34,351 nucleotides of DNA from an uncultured Pirellulales bacterium (GTDB lineage: Bacteria; Planctomycetota; Phycisphaerae; Sedimentisphaerales; Anaerobacaceae), in NCBI GenBank assembly GCA_964430845.1, contig CAYSHS010000001.1:20475-54825 (forward strand). The letters run 5' to 3'. Each line of letters begins with the position of its first letter. The first letter of the stretch is position 1. The notes beneath the pieces were generated by a model. That model was not told the DNA's origin. It saw only the letters and a list, made by a program, of their open reading frames with translations, and made no database searches. Both the position numbers and the translations under genes were made by a program. Below are positions 9,369 to 17,734 of this stretch, piece by piece.

Positions 9369-10187
9369 ATGCCGAATCTGGTTAAAGGCAGGGTTACTAT
9401 ATGTGTTGTGAATTACAAAACGTTACTATTTACTATGCTGTGTTTGCGCTGTATTAGAAAATTTACTCGATACCCATCCGATGTCATTGTAATTGATAAT
9501 GATTCACGGGATGATTCTCTGAAATATTTGAAGTCTCTTGGCTGGATTAAATTAGTCGAGCGCAGTACTGAACCTGGCAAATCACAAGGAGGCTATAACC
9601 ACGCCGCAAGTCTCGATCTCGGTCTTCAAAATTGCTCGACTGAATTTTTTGTCACGTTGCACTCTGATACGCTTATACATAAAGACAACTGGCTCGGTGA
9701 TTTGGTCGGCTATTTTAATAATGATGAAAATATTGCATGTGTGGGATCCGGAAAAATAGAATTAAAGCCCGAATCATTAATATTACTGAAAAAAATACTG
9801 GATTACAGTACTTTAAAATATAAGTTATTTCCAAAAACGTATAGAACGGATAAATATCGTTATTATAATCGAACAATATGCTGTTTATACAGAACAGAGA
9901 TATTATTAAAAGAAAAACTTTCTTTTCTTATGGACTACTATAATGGATTGACAGTTGGTAAAAAGCTTTATTTCGAGCTTGTCGACCGCGGCTATAAAAC
10001 TGTCGAATTGCCTCCTTCGGTGATGGGAAAGTATGTTTATCATGTCGGACATGGTACACAAATAATCAATCCGGGGCAGTTTGCAATACGGGAGAAAACA
10101 ATAAGAAAGGGAAAACGAATTGCTTCAAAAATAACAGCTTCGGATTTATACCGGGATATTTACGCTGATAATTCACTTGATAAATGA
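9369..10187 (+). CDS. Glycosyltransferase, family 2-like
   Basis: N-terminal ICVVNYKT...VIVIDNDSRDDS and a later FFVTLHSDT (DxD-equivalent) pattern typical of the GT2 GT-A fold. Confidence 0.65.
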   Translation: MPNLVKGRVTICVVNYKTLLFTMLCLRCIRKFTRYPSDVIVIDNDSRDDSLKYLKSLGWIKLVERSTEPGKSQGGYNHAASLDLGLQNCSTEFFVTLHSDTLIHKDNWLGDLVGYFNNDENIACVGSGKIELKPESLILLKKILDYSTLKYKLFPKTYRTDKYRYYNRTICCLYRTEILLKEKLSFLMDYYNGLTVGKKLYFELVDRGYKTVELPPSVMGKYVYHVGHGTQIINPGQFAIREKTIRKGKRIASKITASDLYRDIYADNSLDK

Positions 10188-11115
10188 CATGAGTAATATG
10201 ATAAGCAATATTGTCTTCACAAAAAATCGACCCTTGCAGCTCGATGCGTATCTGGAGAGTTTATATAAATACTTTCCATCGAAAGTAATCCAAACGTATA
10301 TTATTTATAAGGAAGAGCTTTTCGCTAAAGAATACGAGCAGCTTTTCGGAAAATACAAAGAGTGTATCGTTATAAAAGAATCTGATTTCCACAGTGATTT
10401 TATGCGGACACTGGAACAAGCCGGCACAAAATACATCCTGTTTGGCATAGATGACGTTGTCTATTTCGATTCGGTTAATTTGGAAGTTATAGAAGATATT
10501 TTCGAGCAGCAAGGCGAAAATATATTTGGTTTTACCTTGAGATTCAGCCCTGAATCGCTAAAAGGGGGCGGGGACATAATTGAAGAACATTCTGCGGCGG
10601 GGGAGAAGGTCTTCAGCGTAAACTGGAAAAACGGTCGGATGCCGCTTACAAGATACCCTTTCGAGCTATGCTGCACAATTTATTCGACCAGGCTGGTAAA
10701 GAAAATAATCTATGGTTCGATGAATAATAATCCATTCGCAAAAAGGTTCTTTAGTCCGTCATCCGCTTTTATAAGGTTTTTGTCGATAATCGGCCGGAAA
10801 AGGTCGACATTAAAACGGTTTGGATATTTTTTCAGTCCCAACACCCTCGAGTCCTGGCCATGCCGCTGGTGTCGGAACAATAATAAACAGCTTCCGGATT
10901 ATATTTACTTCCAGAAGCTATGCGCCAGTGCTATACAGGTAAATATGGTTAATACCTCCACTGGTAATGAACATCATGGAGTTGATGAGCACACAGTCGA
11001 ATCTCTTAATAATAAATATAAAGAAGGTTACAGGCTTGATATAAATTATATTTCTGAGAATAAGCCAAACGCAACGCATTGCGGTAAGGAGCACGTAGTA
11101 TTCAGGAAACAATGA
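10177..11115 (+). CDS. Uncharacterised protein, possible GT-A-like glycosyltransferase
   Basis: 312-aa ORF inside a glycan cluster. It has NIVFTKNRPLQLDAYLESL and an ILFGIDDVVYFD (DD) motif. No family recognised with certainty. The start overlaps the upstream stop, and alternative ATGs lie at 10189 and 10198. Confidence 0.4.
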   Translation: MINDMSNMISNIVFTKNRPLQLDAYLESLYKYFPSKVIQTYIIYKEELFAKEYEQLFGKYKECIVIKESDFHSDFMRTLEQAGTKYILFGIDDVVYFDSVNLEVIEDIFEQQGENIFGFTLRFSPESLKGGGDIIEEHSAAGEKVFSVNWKNGRMPLTRYPFELCCTIYSTRLVKKIIYGSMNNNPFAKRFFSPSSAFIRFLSIIGRKRSTLKRFGYFFSPNTLESWPCRWCRNNNKQLPDYIYFQKLCASAIQVNMVNTSTGNEHHGVDEHTVESLNNKYKEGYRLDINYISENKPNATHCGKEHVVFRKQ

Positions 11116-11151
11116 TAAAGATTAACGATAACGTGTATTGATTGTATGAGG

Positions 11152-12120
11152 CTATATTGAAAATAAAAACTTCAATGAATATTTGTATAAAAAAATACCA
11201 GCCAATCGCAATTTATTAATAGCCTTTCTCTGTCTTTTTGGAGACATGAAAATCAATGAAATAAGAAGAATTATTAAAGAGGAAAATATATTTTCAATTT
11301 CTTTCAAAATCACCAAAGGTTTAAACAGAAGGCCGAATAACCCTGTTTGAAGCTTGCCCTTGTGTTTTTTCAGGAAAATAAATAGACTTTCATACATCAT
11401 CATATGTTTCGCCCAGGAAACCTGGTCTGAGGATTTTCCTCCTGAATGTATAATTTTAGCAGCCGGAACATATAATAGTTTCCATCCTGCTTCTCTTATC
11501 CGAAGAAATAAATCTATATCTTCATAATACATGAAAAATGCCTCATCCATCAGACCTATTTCCTTCATTACAGAGCTGCGCACCATAACGGCTGCCCCGG
11601 AAAGCTGCTCCATCTCTGCCTGTTTTTCATAATCAAAATCAATGTGTTTCAGGCTTTTGTAATGACCGCGAAAAATACCCAGTGACCTGAATATCGTTTT
11701 ACCATACAGCAAAGCCCTGAAGGTGGGAACTGAGCCTACGGCAATCTGGTTGGTTCCGTCCGGGTTAAATAATCTTGGGCCGCAGGCTCCTGCATCTTCG
11801 TATTTATCCAGTGCATCAGCAAGAGCATCTATGGAATTTTTACAAATTATTGTGTCAGGATTAAGAAGCAGAAGATATTGACCGCTCGCCTTTTTTATAC
11901 CTAAATTATTAGCCGCGGAGAATCCCGAGTTAGTTTTATTTTCAATAATTATGACATCTTTATAATTATTTTCGACAGTTGTAACTGTATCATCAGTGCT
12001 TGCATTATCTACGATAATGATCTCATATTTCCCGGAAGGCGGATTCTTATATATAGAATCGAGACATTTTACTAAATCATCTTTTACATTCCAGCTTACT
12101 ATGATTATTGATATTTTCAT
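11152..12120 (-). CDS. Glycosyltransferase family 2 (rhamnosyltransferase-like)
   Basis: MKISIIIVSWNVKDDLVKCLDSI...EIIIVDNASTDDTV, GFSAANNLG, LLLNPDT and FFMYYEDIDL motifs of GT2/WbbL-like enzymes. Confidence 0.85.
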   Translation of the reverse strand: MKISIIIVSWNVKDDLVKCLDSIYKNPPSGKYEIIIVDNASTDDTVTTVENNYKDVIIIENKTNSGFSAANNLGIKKASGQYLLLLNPDTIICKNSIDALADALDKYEDAGACGPRLFNPDGTNQIAVGSVPTFRALLYGKTIFRSLGIFRGHYKSLKHIDFDYEKQAEMEQLSGAAVMVRSSVMKEIGLMDEAFFMYYEDIDLFLRIREAGWKLLYVPAAKIIHSGGKSSDQVSWAKHMMMYESLFIFLKKHKGKLQTGLFGLLFKPLVILKEIENIFSSLIILLISLIFMSPKRQRKAINKLRLAGIFLYKYSLKFLFSI

Positions 12121-12136
12121 AATTTTTGATATTTAA

Positions 12137-12161
12137 CAAGAGTTTTACAAAAATTAAGTTC
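12137..12161 (-). repeat. Weaker motif copy E: plus strand CAAGAGTTTTACAAAAATTAAGTTC
   Basis: Its reverse complement is GAACTTAATTTTTGTAAAACTCTTG, the same as copy B with a small insertion. It fills the gap between the glf stop and the downstream GT2 start. Confidence 0.6.
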
Positions 12162-13252
12162 TAAATATATTTTTGACTATCATCCAATGCAGCTAATACT
12201 ACCTGGTCCATATCAAGATATTTGAATTGTGCCAATCGACCGCCTAAAATTAAGTTTTTCTCTTTACCGGCTTCCTGCTCATATTTATTGTACAATTTAT
12301 TATTAGAATCCGTATTGACGGGATAATACGGAATTTTGTTTTTATCATACGTGTCGGGGTATTCCCATGTCACGACAGTATTTTCGTTTTGGACTAGCTC
12401 AAAATGTTTGTGTTCGATAACACGTGTGTATGGAACAGCTTCATCCGTATAATTGATTACGGCATTTCCCTGGTAGTCGCCTTTTAGTATTTTATTTTCA
12501 AATCTTAAGCTTCGATACTCCAGCTCGCCATATTTATAATCGAAATATTCGTCCGGTTTACCTGTATATATAATATTATTTGCAAGAGAATCCCAATGGC
12601 TCTTTTTTTCAAAATAGTCTGTTTCCAACCTGATTTCTATTCCTTTGAGCATATTCTGAAACATTCTGGTATAGCCTCCGACAGGAATTCCCTGATACCT
12701 GTGTGAGTAGTAGTTGTCATCGAAAGTTAGTCGTATGGGCAGTCTTTTGATAATATTGGCAGGAAGCTCGTTCGGGGATTTACCCCATTGTTTTCTCGTG
12801 TATCCTTTTATGAAAATCTCGTATATTTGTTTTCCGACACGTGAAATTGCCCATTCCTCCATATTTTTAGGATTGCTGTTGGGAACAATTGAGTCTTTCA
12901 GTTTTTTTTCAGCCTGCCCTGGTGTTTGCACCTGCCATAGTTGATGTAAAGTCATTAAATTAATTGGAAAAGAATAGAGCTTGTCCTTATAAAATACCTT
13001 TGGCCTGTTTACAAAATTATTTAATTCGGCGAAACGATTCACGTAATCCCAGACTATTTTATTATCTGTGTGAAAAATATGAGGTCCGTACTTATGGATA
13101 TTTATATTTTGATATTCTTCTGTGTAGCAATTTCCCCCGATATGACTTCTTTTTTCAATAACCAGGACTTTTTTTTGTGCGTTGGCCAATTGTCTTGCAA
13201 ATACAATTCCGTATAAGCCGCAGCCAACTACCAAAAAGTCATAACGTTTCAT
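12161..13252 (-). CDS. glf: UDP-galactopyranose mutase
   Basis: YDFLVVGCGLYGIVFA FAD fold, HIGGNCYT, HKYGPHIFHT, YTRKQWG, RYQGIPVGGYT, PYTRVIEHKHF, YYPVN and GGRLAQFKYLDMDQV. Colinear with E. coli Glf. Confidence 0.95.
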   Translation of the reverse strand: MKRYDFLVVGCGLYGIVFARQLANAQKKVLVIEKRSHIGGNCYTEEYQNINIHKYGPHIFHTDNKIVWDYVNRFAELNNFVNRPKVFYKDKLYSFPINLMTLHQLWQVQTPGQAEKKLKDSIVPNSNPKNMEEWAISRVGKQIYEIFIKGYTRKQWGKSPNELPANIIKRLPIRLTFDDNYYSHRYQGIPVGGYTRMFQNMLKGIEIRLETDYFEKKSHWDSLANNIIYTGKPDEYFDYKYGELEYRSLRFENKILKGDYQGNAVINYTDEAVPYTRVIEHKHFELVQNENTVVTWEYPDTYDKNKIPYYPVNTDSNNKLYNKYEQEAGKEKNLILGGRLAQFKYLDMDQVVLAALDDSQKYI

Positions 13253-13286
13253 AATTGATAAGGTTCTTGTAAGGATGTGAGTATAT

Positions 13287-14180
13287 TTAAATAATATTTA
13301 TGACGATGAAAAATATTAACAATATTGCTATAAAGATTAATATTATAGAAAGGTTTTTTATTCGTTTTTGTAAAGACCGTATCTTTTTGTTCAGCCTGTT
13401 GACCTGGTATTCGGCGGGGTGCTCGATATTGTGGTTAAGTGCGACCAGCTCGTTATCAATGACATATTTATATTCCGATTCCTTTTTTATTCTTAAATCA
13501 ACGGGGTATTTTCCATGAGTATGAATAAGGTCAGGAATGATTACAGGCTTGAAATTTTTGTTTATTAAGTACGATAGCAGCCATTGCTGTTTGGCGTTTG
13601 ACATAAATATGTTTTTAAATTCAGCCCAGTGTTTATTATACAAATCATATAATTGTGCATAAGTTTTATATTTCGCGATAATCACACCGGTATTATAAGT
13701 AGGGAGAGCAGCAATTTCAGGGTATTTATTTTCTATTTCATCAATTGATAAGGCTGGTTTGAGTCTCCCTGCCTCTTCGATTAAAAAGTCCGAATCGCTT
13801 CTGTTATAATTTACACCTATTCCATTCTCACCTATACCCCGGAAAAAAAGGATTTCATCTGCACGAAATGGCCTTTGCAGCTTGATATCGGCATCAGTAA
13901 ATATTATTATGTCTTCTTCTGATATGAAATTTAAGACCGATAGAAAAGCCCCGTGCTGCAGGCAGTGATTGGGATTGGGTGATCTTACCTGCTCCGAGTT
14001 CAGGCGGACAAATTTAACAGCATTATATTTTTCGCGTTCTTTCTGATTAACATCGAAATCAAGGGAAACAAGAATATTCTGAACATTGGAGCCGGCATTG
14101 ATAGTCTTAATATACCTTTCCGCCTGCGGCCAGAAAGGTTCATTAGTTCCTGTTACTAAATATATTCCTTCTTCACGCAT
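13287..14180 (-). CDS. Uncharacterised protein, putative tail-anchored GT-A-like glycosyltransferase
   Basis: 297-aa ORF immediately upstream of glf in the same operon. It has an IIIFTDADI DxD-like motif and a single C-terminal hydrophobic helix (LSIILIFIAILLIFFIVINII). No confident family match. Confidence 0.4.
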   Translation of the reverse strand: MREEGIYLVTGTNEPFWPQAERYIKTINAGSNVQNILVSLDFDVNQKEREKYNAVKFVRLNSEQVRSPNPNHCLQHGAFLSVLNFISEEDIIIFTDADIKLQRPFRADEILFFRGIGENGIGVNYNRSDSDFLIEEAGRLKPALSIDEIENKYPEIAALPTYNTGVIIAKYKTYAQLYDLYNKHWAEFKNIFMSNAKQQWLLSYLINKNFKPVIIPDLIHTHGKYPVDLRIKKESEYKYVIDNELVALNHNIEHPAEYQVNRLNKKIRSLQKRIKNLSIILIFIAILLIFFIVINII

Positions 14181-14342
14181 TAAAAAATCCTTTTAGAAAA
14201 ACGCGGTAAGTGAGACATTTTTTTGTATCACCTTACAAATATATCCCAGTATAATACGATTTTTGCTTTAAGTCAAAATGTTATACGAAGGTATTTTTTT
14301 ACTTACGTTTGTTTATATTGATGTATTTTCAGAGACAAATCA

Positions 14343-15380
14343 ATGACAAAGGCTAAAAGGATTTTTGTAATAGGGGATTTTAAGGATGAATCCCCGAAGT
14401 CGGTTTTTATAGAGGAACGCAGATTAGCAAAATATCTCGTACGTATCGGTAATGATATTCAGGTTTTCAGCTATCGAAATATTATGATGCAGTGCAGTCC
14501 CTTTCCGGGCAAGCGTATAGCTATGTACCTTGCAAAATCCAAAGCTGATTTGCTGTTAGCCGAGCAAATAAGGTATTATTGTCCGAGTGTTGTGTTATTT
14601 CTGAGCATTAAATATATCAGTCCCAAGACAGTTCATCTGGCACGAGAAGCGGCACCAAAAGGAGCTGTTTTTATTGGTAAAGACGGCGACCCTTACCCGG
14701 AAACAAAACCTGAACGGGTAGCAGTCGGAAAAGAGATGGACATAATGATAATGCCGAGCGGGGGAAAATTTCTCAAAACGTATAAGGATGCCGGAGTTCC
14801 GTGCTGTGCATTTTTGCCTTTTACATGTGACCCGGACATACAGCACCCATACAAGGTTGATGATAAATGGAAAACTGATATTGTATTTCTTGGTTCGGCT
14901 TCACACAGCAAGCTCCAAATGGAAGAGGACAGGTATAATATTGTAAAAAGACTGTCAGAAATACCTAATGCCAGGATTTATGGATGCTTCGGGAATCCTA
15001 AAACTAAAGGGCTTGAAAGCTTTTTTGCCATAAGCGGTGCGAAAATCGGTTTAAGCATAAATATTGCAAACGATGTAAAGTTTTACCATTCGGACAGGTT
15101 TATAAACAATCCCGCCTGTGGTGCTTTTAATCTTGCGAAAAGAGCACCCGGCTATGAGCTGCTGTTTGAGGATGGCGTTGAAGTGAAGTATTTCGATTGT
15201 GCGGACGAATTTTTTGAGCTGACTGAATATTATCTAAAACACGATCGGGAACGTGAGATTATAGCTCAGGCCGGCATGGAAAAAGCTCATAGTGAATTTC
15301 ATACAGAGAAAATTGTTAAATATTTAGTTGATCTCATTGAAACAGGAACATATAAAGCCCCGTGGGCGGAAATTTTCTAA
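14343..15380 (+). CDS. CgeB-like glycosyltransferase (GT-B, Glyco_trans_1_2-type C-terminus)
   Basis: The C-terminal segment VKYFDCADEFFELTEYYLKHDREREIIAQAGMEKAHSEFHTEKIV resembles the CgeB/DUF3880 family. Divergently transcribed from the glf operon. Confidence 0.55.
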   Translation: MTKAKRIFVIGDFKDESPKSVFIEERRLAKYLVRIGNDIQVFSYRNIMMQCSPFPGKRIAMYLAKSKADLLLAEQIRYYCPSVVLFLSIKYISPKTVHLAREAAPKGAVFIGKDGDPYPETKPERVAVGKEMDIMIMPSGGKFLKTYKDAGVPCCAFLPFTCDPDIQHPYKVDDKWKTDIVFLGSASHSKLQMEEDRYNIVKRLSEIPNARIYGCFGNPKTKGLESFFAISGAKIGLSINIANDVKFYHSDRFINNPACGAFNLAKRAPGYELLFEDGVEVKYFDCADEFFELTEYYLKHDREREIIAQAGMEKAHSEFHTEKIVKYLVDLIETGTYKAPWAEIF

Positions 15381-15515
15381 AAAAGGAAATAATGAATATT
15401 ATTGCAATAATTAGTAATACGGAACGAGCCTCTTACACACAAAAAATAGTGGTAAATCCTGACTTTTTGCCTTTAAAGGATTTTTTACATTGCTCGTAAA
15501 GCTGCCTTTTCTCAA

Positions 15516-15535
15516 TTTTGCAAAAGTTCAATTAA
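15516..15535 (-). repeat. Intergenic motif copy C (inverted): plus strand reads TTTTGCAAAAGTTCAATTAA
   Basis: 18 of 20 identical to copy D. It is the reverse complement of the copy A/B orientation and lies upstream of the GT2 gene at 15577. Confidence 0.8.
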
Positions 15536-15546
15536 TAAAATATACT
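15518..15546 (+). promoter_or_regulatory. Candidate sigma-70-type promoter for the GT2 gene at 15577
   Basis: TTGCAA (15518-15523), 17-nt spacer, TATACT (15541-15546), about 30 nt upstream of the ATG with GAAGGA as SD. The -35 lies within a copy of the repeated TTTTGCAAAAGTTCAATTA motif. Confidence 0.4.
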
Positions 15547-15576
15547 AATACCTTTAAATGACAGAAGGAACAATTT

Positions 15577-16479
15577 ATGCCTAAAGTCAGCATTTGTATT
15601 CCAACTTACAATCGCAAGGATTTTCTTAAAGAAACAATAGATAGCATTTTCTCCCAGACTTATAAGGATTATGAAATAATTATAGTCGATGACGGCTCAA
15701 CAGACGGTACTGAAGAAATGATTAAGAATTATGATTTCCCGATTATTTATCAATGGCAATCCAACAGAGGCGATGCCTTTTCTCGCAATAAGTTAATTGA
15801 TCTTGCGAATGGAAAGTATATATCGTTTGTTGACTCGGATGATTTACTGGTACCTGATGCTCTCGAGAGAATGATTCAGGTTATGGACAAAGAAAAAGAA
15901 ACTGTGATAGTCTATGGCGCTTATTACAGGACAGATGAGAAGGGTAAGATATGCGGCAGATGTAAAAGGAAGCTTTACAGTGGAAACATTACAAAGTATT
16001 TATTTCAAACAATCCTTGTACATGTCACCGGCTCAATGTTTCCGGCACAAATATTAAAAGAATCACCTCGATTCGATAGCTCGCTGCATGTTTGCTCTGA
16101 CTATGCTCTTTGGCTGTATCTTTCGACAAAGTATAAATTTATTGCCCTGCCCGATCCTACGTACTTAAGACGCAGACACTCTACAAACCTTTCAAAGAAT
16201 ACTTTCGAGAATTGTCTCACTGAATATCAGGTTGTTAACAGGTTCTACAATGAAATGGGAGGCAGGGATTATATTCCTGAAAAAATTGCTAAAAAGGTAT
16301 TGAGCAAAAAAAAATACAGGGCCGGCCGTTACGCTTTGAAAGAAGGCCTGTACGAAAAGGCATACGAGTTGCTCGGGCAGTCTTTTCTTAAAAAACCGAA
16401 TCTGAAATCCCTGATGTATTTAGTAAAAGCAAAAATCCTCAAAAGTATGACAGGTAATGAAAAAAAGAAATGTTATTAA
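15577..16479 (+). CDS. Glycosyltransferase family 2
   Basis: VSICIPTYNRKDFLKETIDSIFSQTYKDYEIIIVDDGSTDGT plus the FVDSDD DxD motif. Confidence 0.85.
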   Translation: MPKVSICIPTYNRKDFLKETIDSIFSQTYKDYEIIIVDDGSTDGTEEMIKNYDFPIIYQWQSNRGDAFSRNKLIDLANGKYISFVDSDDLLVPDALERMIQVMDKEKETVIVYGAYYRTDEKGKICGRCKRKLYSGNITKYLFQTILVHVTGSMFPAQILKESPRFDSSLHVCSDYALWLYLSTKYKFIALPDPTYLRRRHSTNLSKNTFENCLTEYQVVNRFYNEMGGRDYIPEKIAKKVLSKKKYRAGRYALKEGLYEKAYELLGQSFLKKPNLKSLMYLVKAKILKSMTGNEKKKCY

Positions 16480-16787
16480 AGCAAAAACAAGTTACTTTTG
16501 GAATTATTTTACCCTATATTTGGATGTTTGTGTTTGTATGCCTGATTATGATATCATTTGTAAGCAGTAAAATCAGTTCGGTTATAGCCGCAGAAAATTT
16601 AATCATGCTTACTTATTTATTTTCACCGATTATTTTTATAATTGGTATTATCATTTCTTTGATAACATTATTTAAATCAGGTGTGAGCAAAAATATTTTG
16701 GTTTCTATTATTCTAAATTTAATATTGTTAATCATTTGGTTTATTTTCAGGAAATCCTTTTATATTGAATTGAATATAATTAGTTAG
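16470..16787 (+). CDS. Small hydrophobic membrane protein, unknown function
   Basis: 105-aa ORF with about 3 predicted TM helices. The start overlaps the GT2 stop by 10 nt, and it lies in an operon position. It is very AT-rich, so the coding status is not certain. Confidence 0.4.
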   Translation: MLLKQKQVTFGIILPYIWMFVFVCLIMISFVSSKISSVIAAENLIMLTYLFSPIIFIIGIIISLITLFKSGVSKNILVSIILNLILLIIWFIFRKSFYIELNIIS

Positions 16788-16798
16788 ATTTTGGCACG

Positions 16799-17635
16799 AT
16801 GAAAAAAACAAATAATAAACATTCAATACTTATTCAAAGACTGATTGTATTATTTATAATACTTTGCGGAGCGGGATATTACTATTTTCATTTTATAGTA
16901 AATGCAAATTTGAGGGCAGTGGTTCCCGGTAAAATATATCGTTCTGCTCAGCCTTCGGAGACTCAGTTAAGAAAATGGGTAAAAAAATACGGGATAAAAA
17001 CTGTCATAAACCTGCGTGCTAAAAAACCTAAAGATTTTGAAAAAGAAAAAATCATCGCAGATCAATTGGGAATGAAACTCATGTGCATTGATTTAAGCGG
17101 AAAAAGACTTATTACATGCCCTGAATTACTGGAGCTGGTTGAAGCATTGGAGACGGCACAAACACCTGTGCTTTTGCACTGTAAATCAGGTATCGATAGA
17201 GCAGGTTTTGCAAGTGCGCTTGCGGCTTTTGCTATCGGTCATGTGGATTTCGATATTGCTAAATGGCAGGCATATGTGCCTCCGGGACCATGGAAAAGAA
17301 AGGATTTCAGCAATACCAGGGGGGATTATATCCATGACTACGCTCATATCAGCGACGCATTGAAATTGTATGAAGATTATTGCAAGCGAGAGAATCTTGA
17401 TAGGAATGACTGGCAGCAATTTATAAAGTGGGCGATTGAGCTTCCACCGATGGAAGAAGCGAATATTGAGTATAAACCTGTTTATAGTTATTTCCCGTTC
17501 ATGGGTAATAATAAACATTTTTTCCCGATTTACACACTTCTTAAAAACACCTGTGTTCAGTTTTCGGCAGAGATTGTGATAATTGTTTTGCTGATTTATT
17601 ACACGAAGTTCTGTCTTAAAGCTGCGGGTAAATAG
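16799..17635 (+). CDS. Membrane-anchored CX5R (tyrosine/dual-specificity-like) phosphatase
   Basis: The active-site signature LLHCKSGIDRAGFASA (HCxxGxxR). N-terminal TM helix (LIVLFIILCGAGYYYF) and a hydrophobic C-terminus. Confidence 0.7.
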   Translation: MKKTNNKHSILIQRLIVLFIILCGAGYYYFHFIVNANLRAVVPGKIYRSAQPSETQLRKWVKKYGIKTVINLRAKKPKDFEKEKIIADQLGMKLMCIDLSGKRLITCPELLELVEALETAQTPVLLHCKSGIDRAGFASALAAFAIGHVDFDIAKWQAYVPPGPWKRKDFSNTRGDYIHDYAHISDALKLYEDYCKRENLDRNDWQQFIKWAIELPPMEEANIEYKPVYSYFPFMGNNKHFFPIYTLLKNTCVQFSAEIVIIVLLIYYTKFCLKAAGK

Positions 17636-17660
17636 TAATTGAACTTTTGTAAAACTCTTA
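17635..17660 (+). repeat. Intergenic motif copy A: GTAATTGAACTTTTGTAAAACTCTTA
   Basis: It starts at the last base of the phosphatase stop codon, in a convergent gap. It shares GTAATTGAACTTTT with copy D and AAAACTCTT with copies B and E. Confidence 0.8.
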
Positions 17661-17706
17661 TAGTAATTCAGAATAATATGCAGCATGGATTTTCCAGCCT
17701 GTGCAA

Positions 17707-17729
17707 AACACGGCCAGGATAGCCGTGTT
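17707..17729 (-). terminator. Hairpin terminator candidate in a convergent gap (kinase operon, possibly bidirectional)
   Basis: 8-bp stem AACACGGC/GCCGTGTT with a 7-nt loop, 5 nt after the kinase stop. On the minus strand it is followed by TTGCAC (short U tract). Confidence 0.45.
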
Positions 17730-17734
17730 GCTGT

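Noticed and set aside
14181-14342. Divergent promoter region, with TATAAT at 14250-14255
   Set aside because: It is a perfect -10 hexamer, but no acceptable -35 lies at 16-18 nt (the candidates give 11 or 21 nt spacers). I therefore did not call a promoter.
16792-16798. TGGCACG immediately before the phosphatase ATG as a second sigma-54 site
   Set aside because: No TTGC lies at the -12 position, and the site abuts the start codon, leaving no room for a transcript leader.
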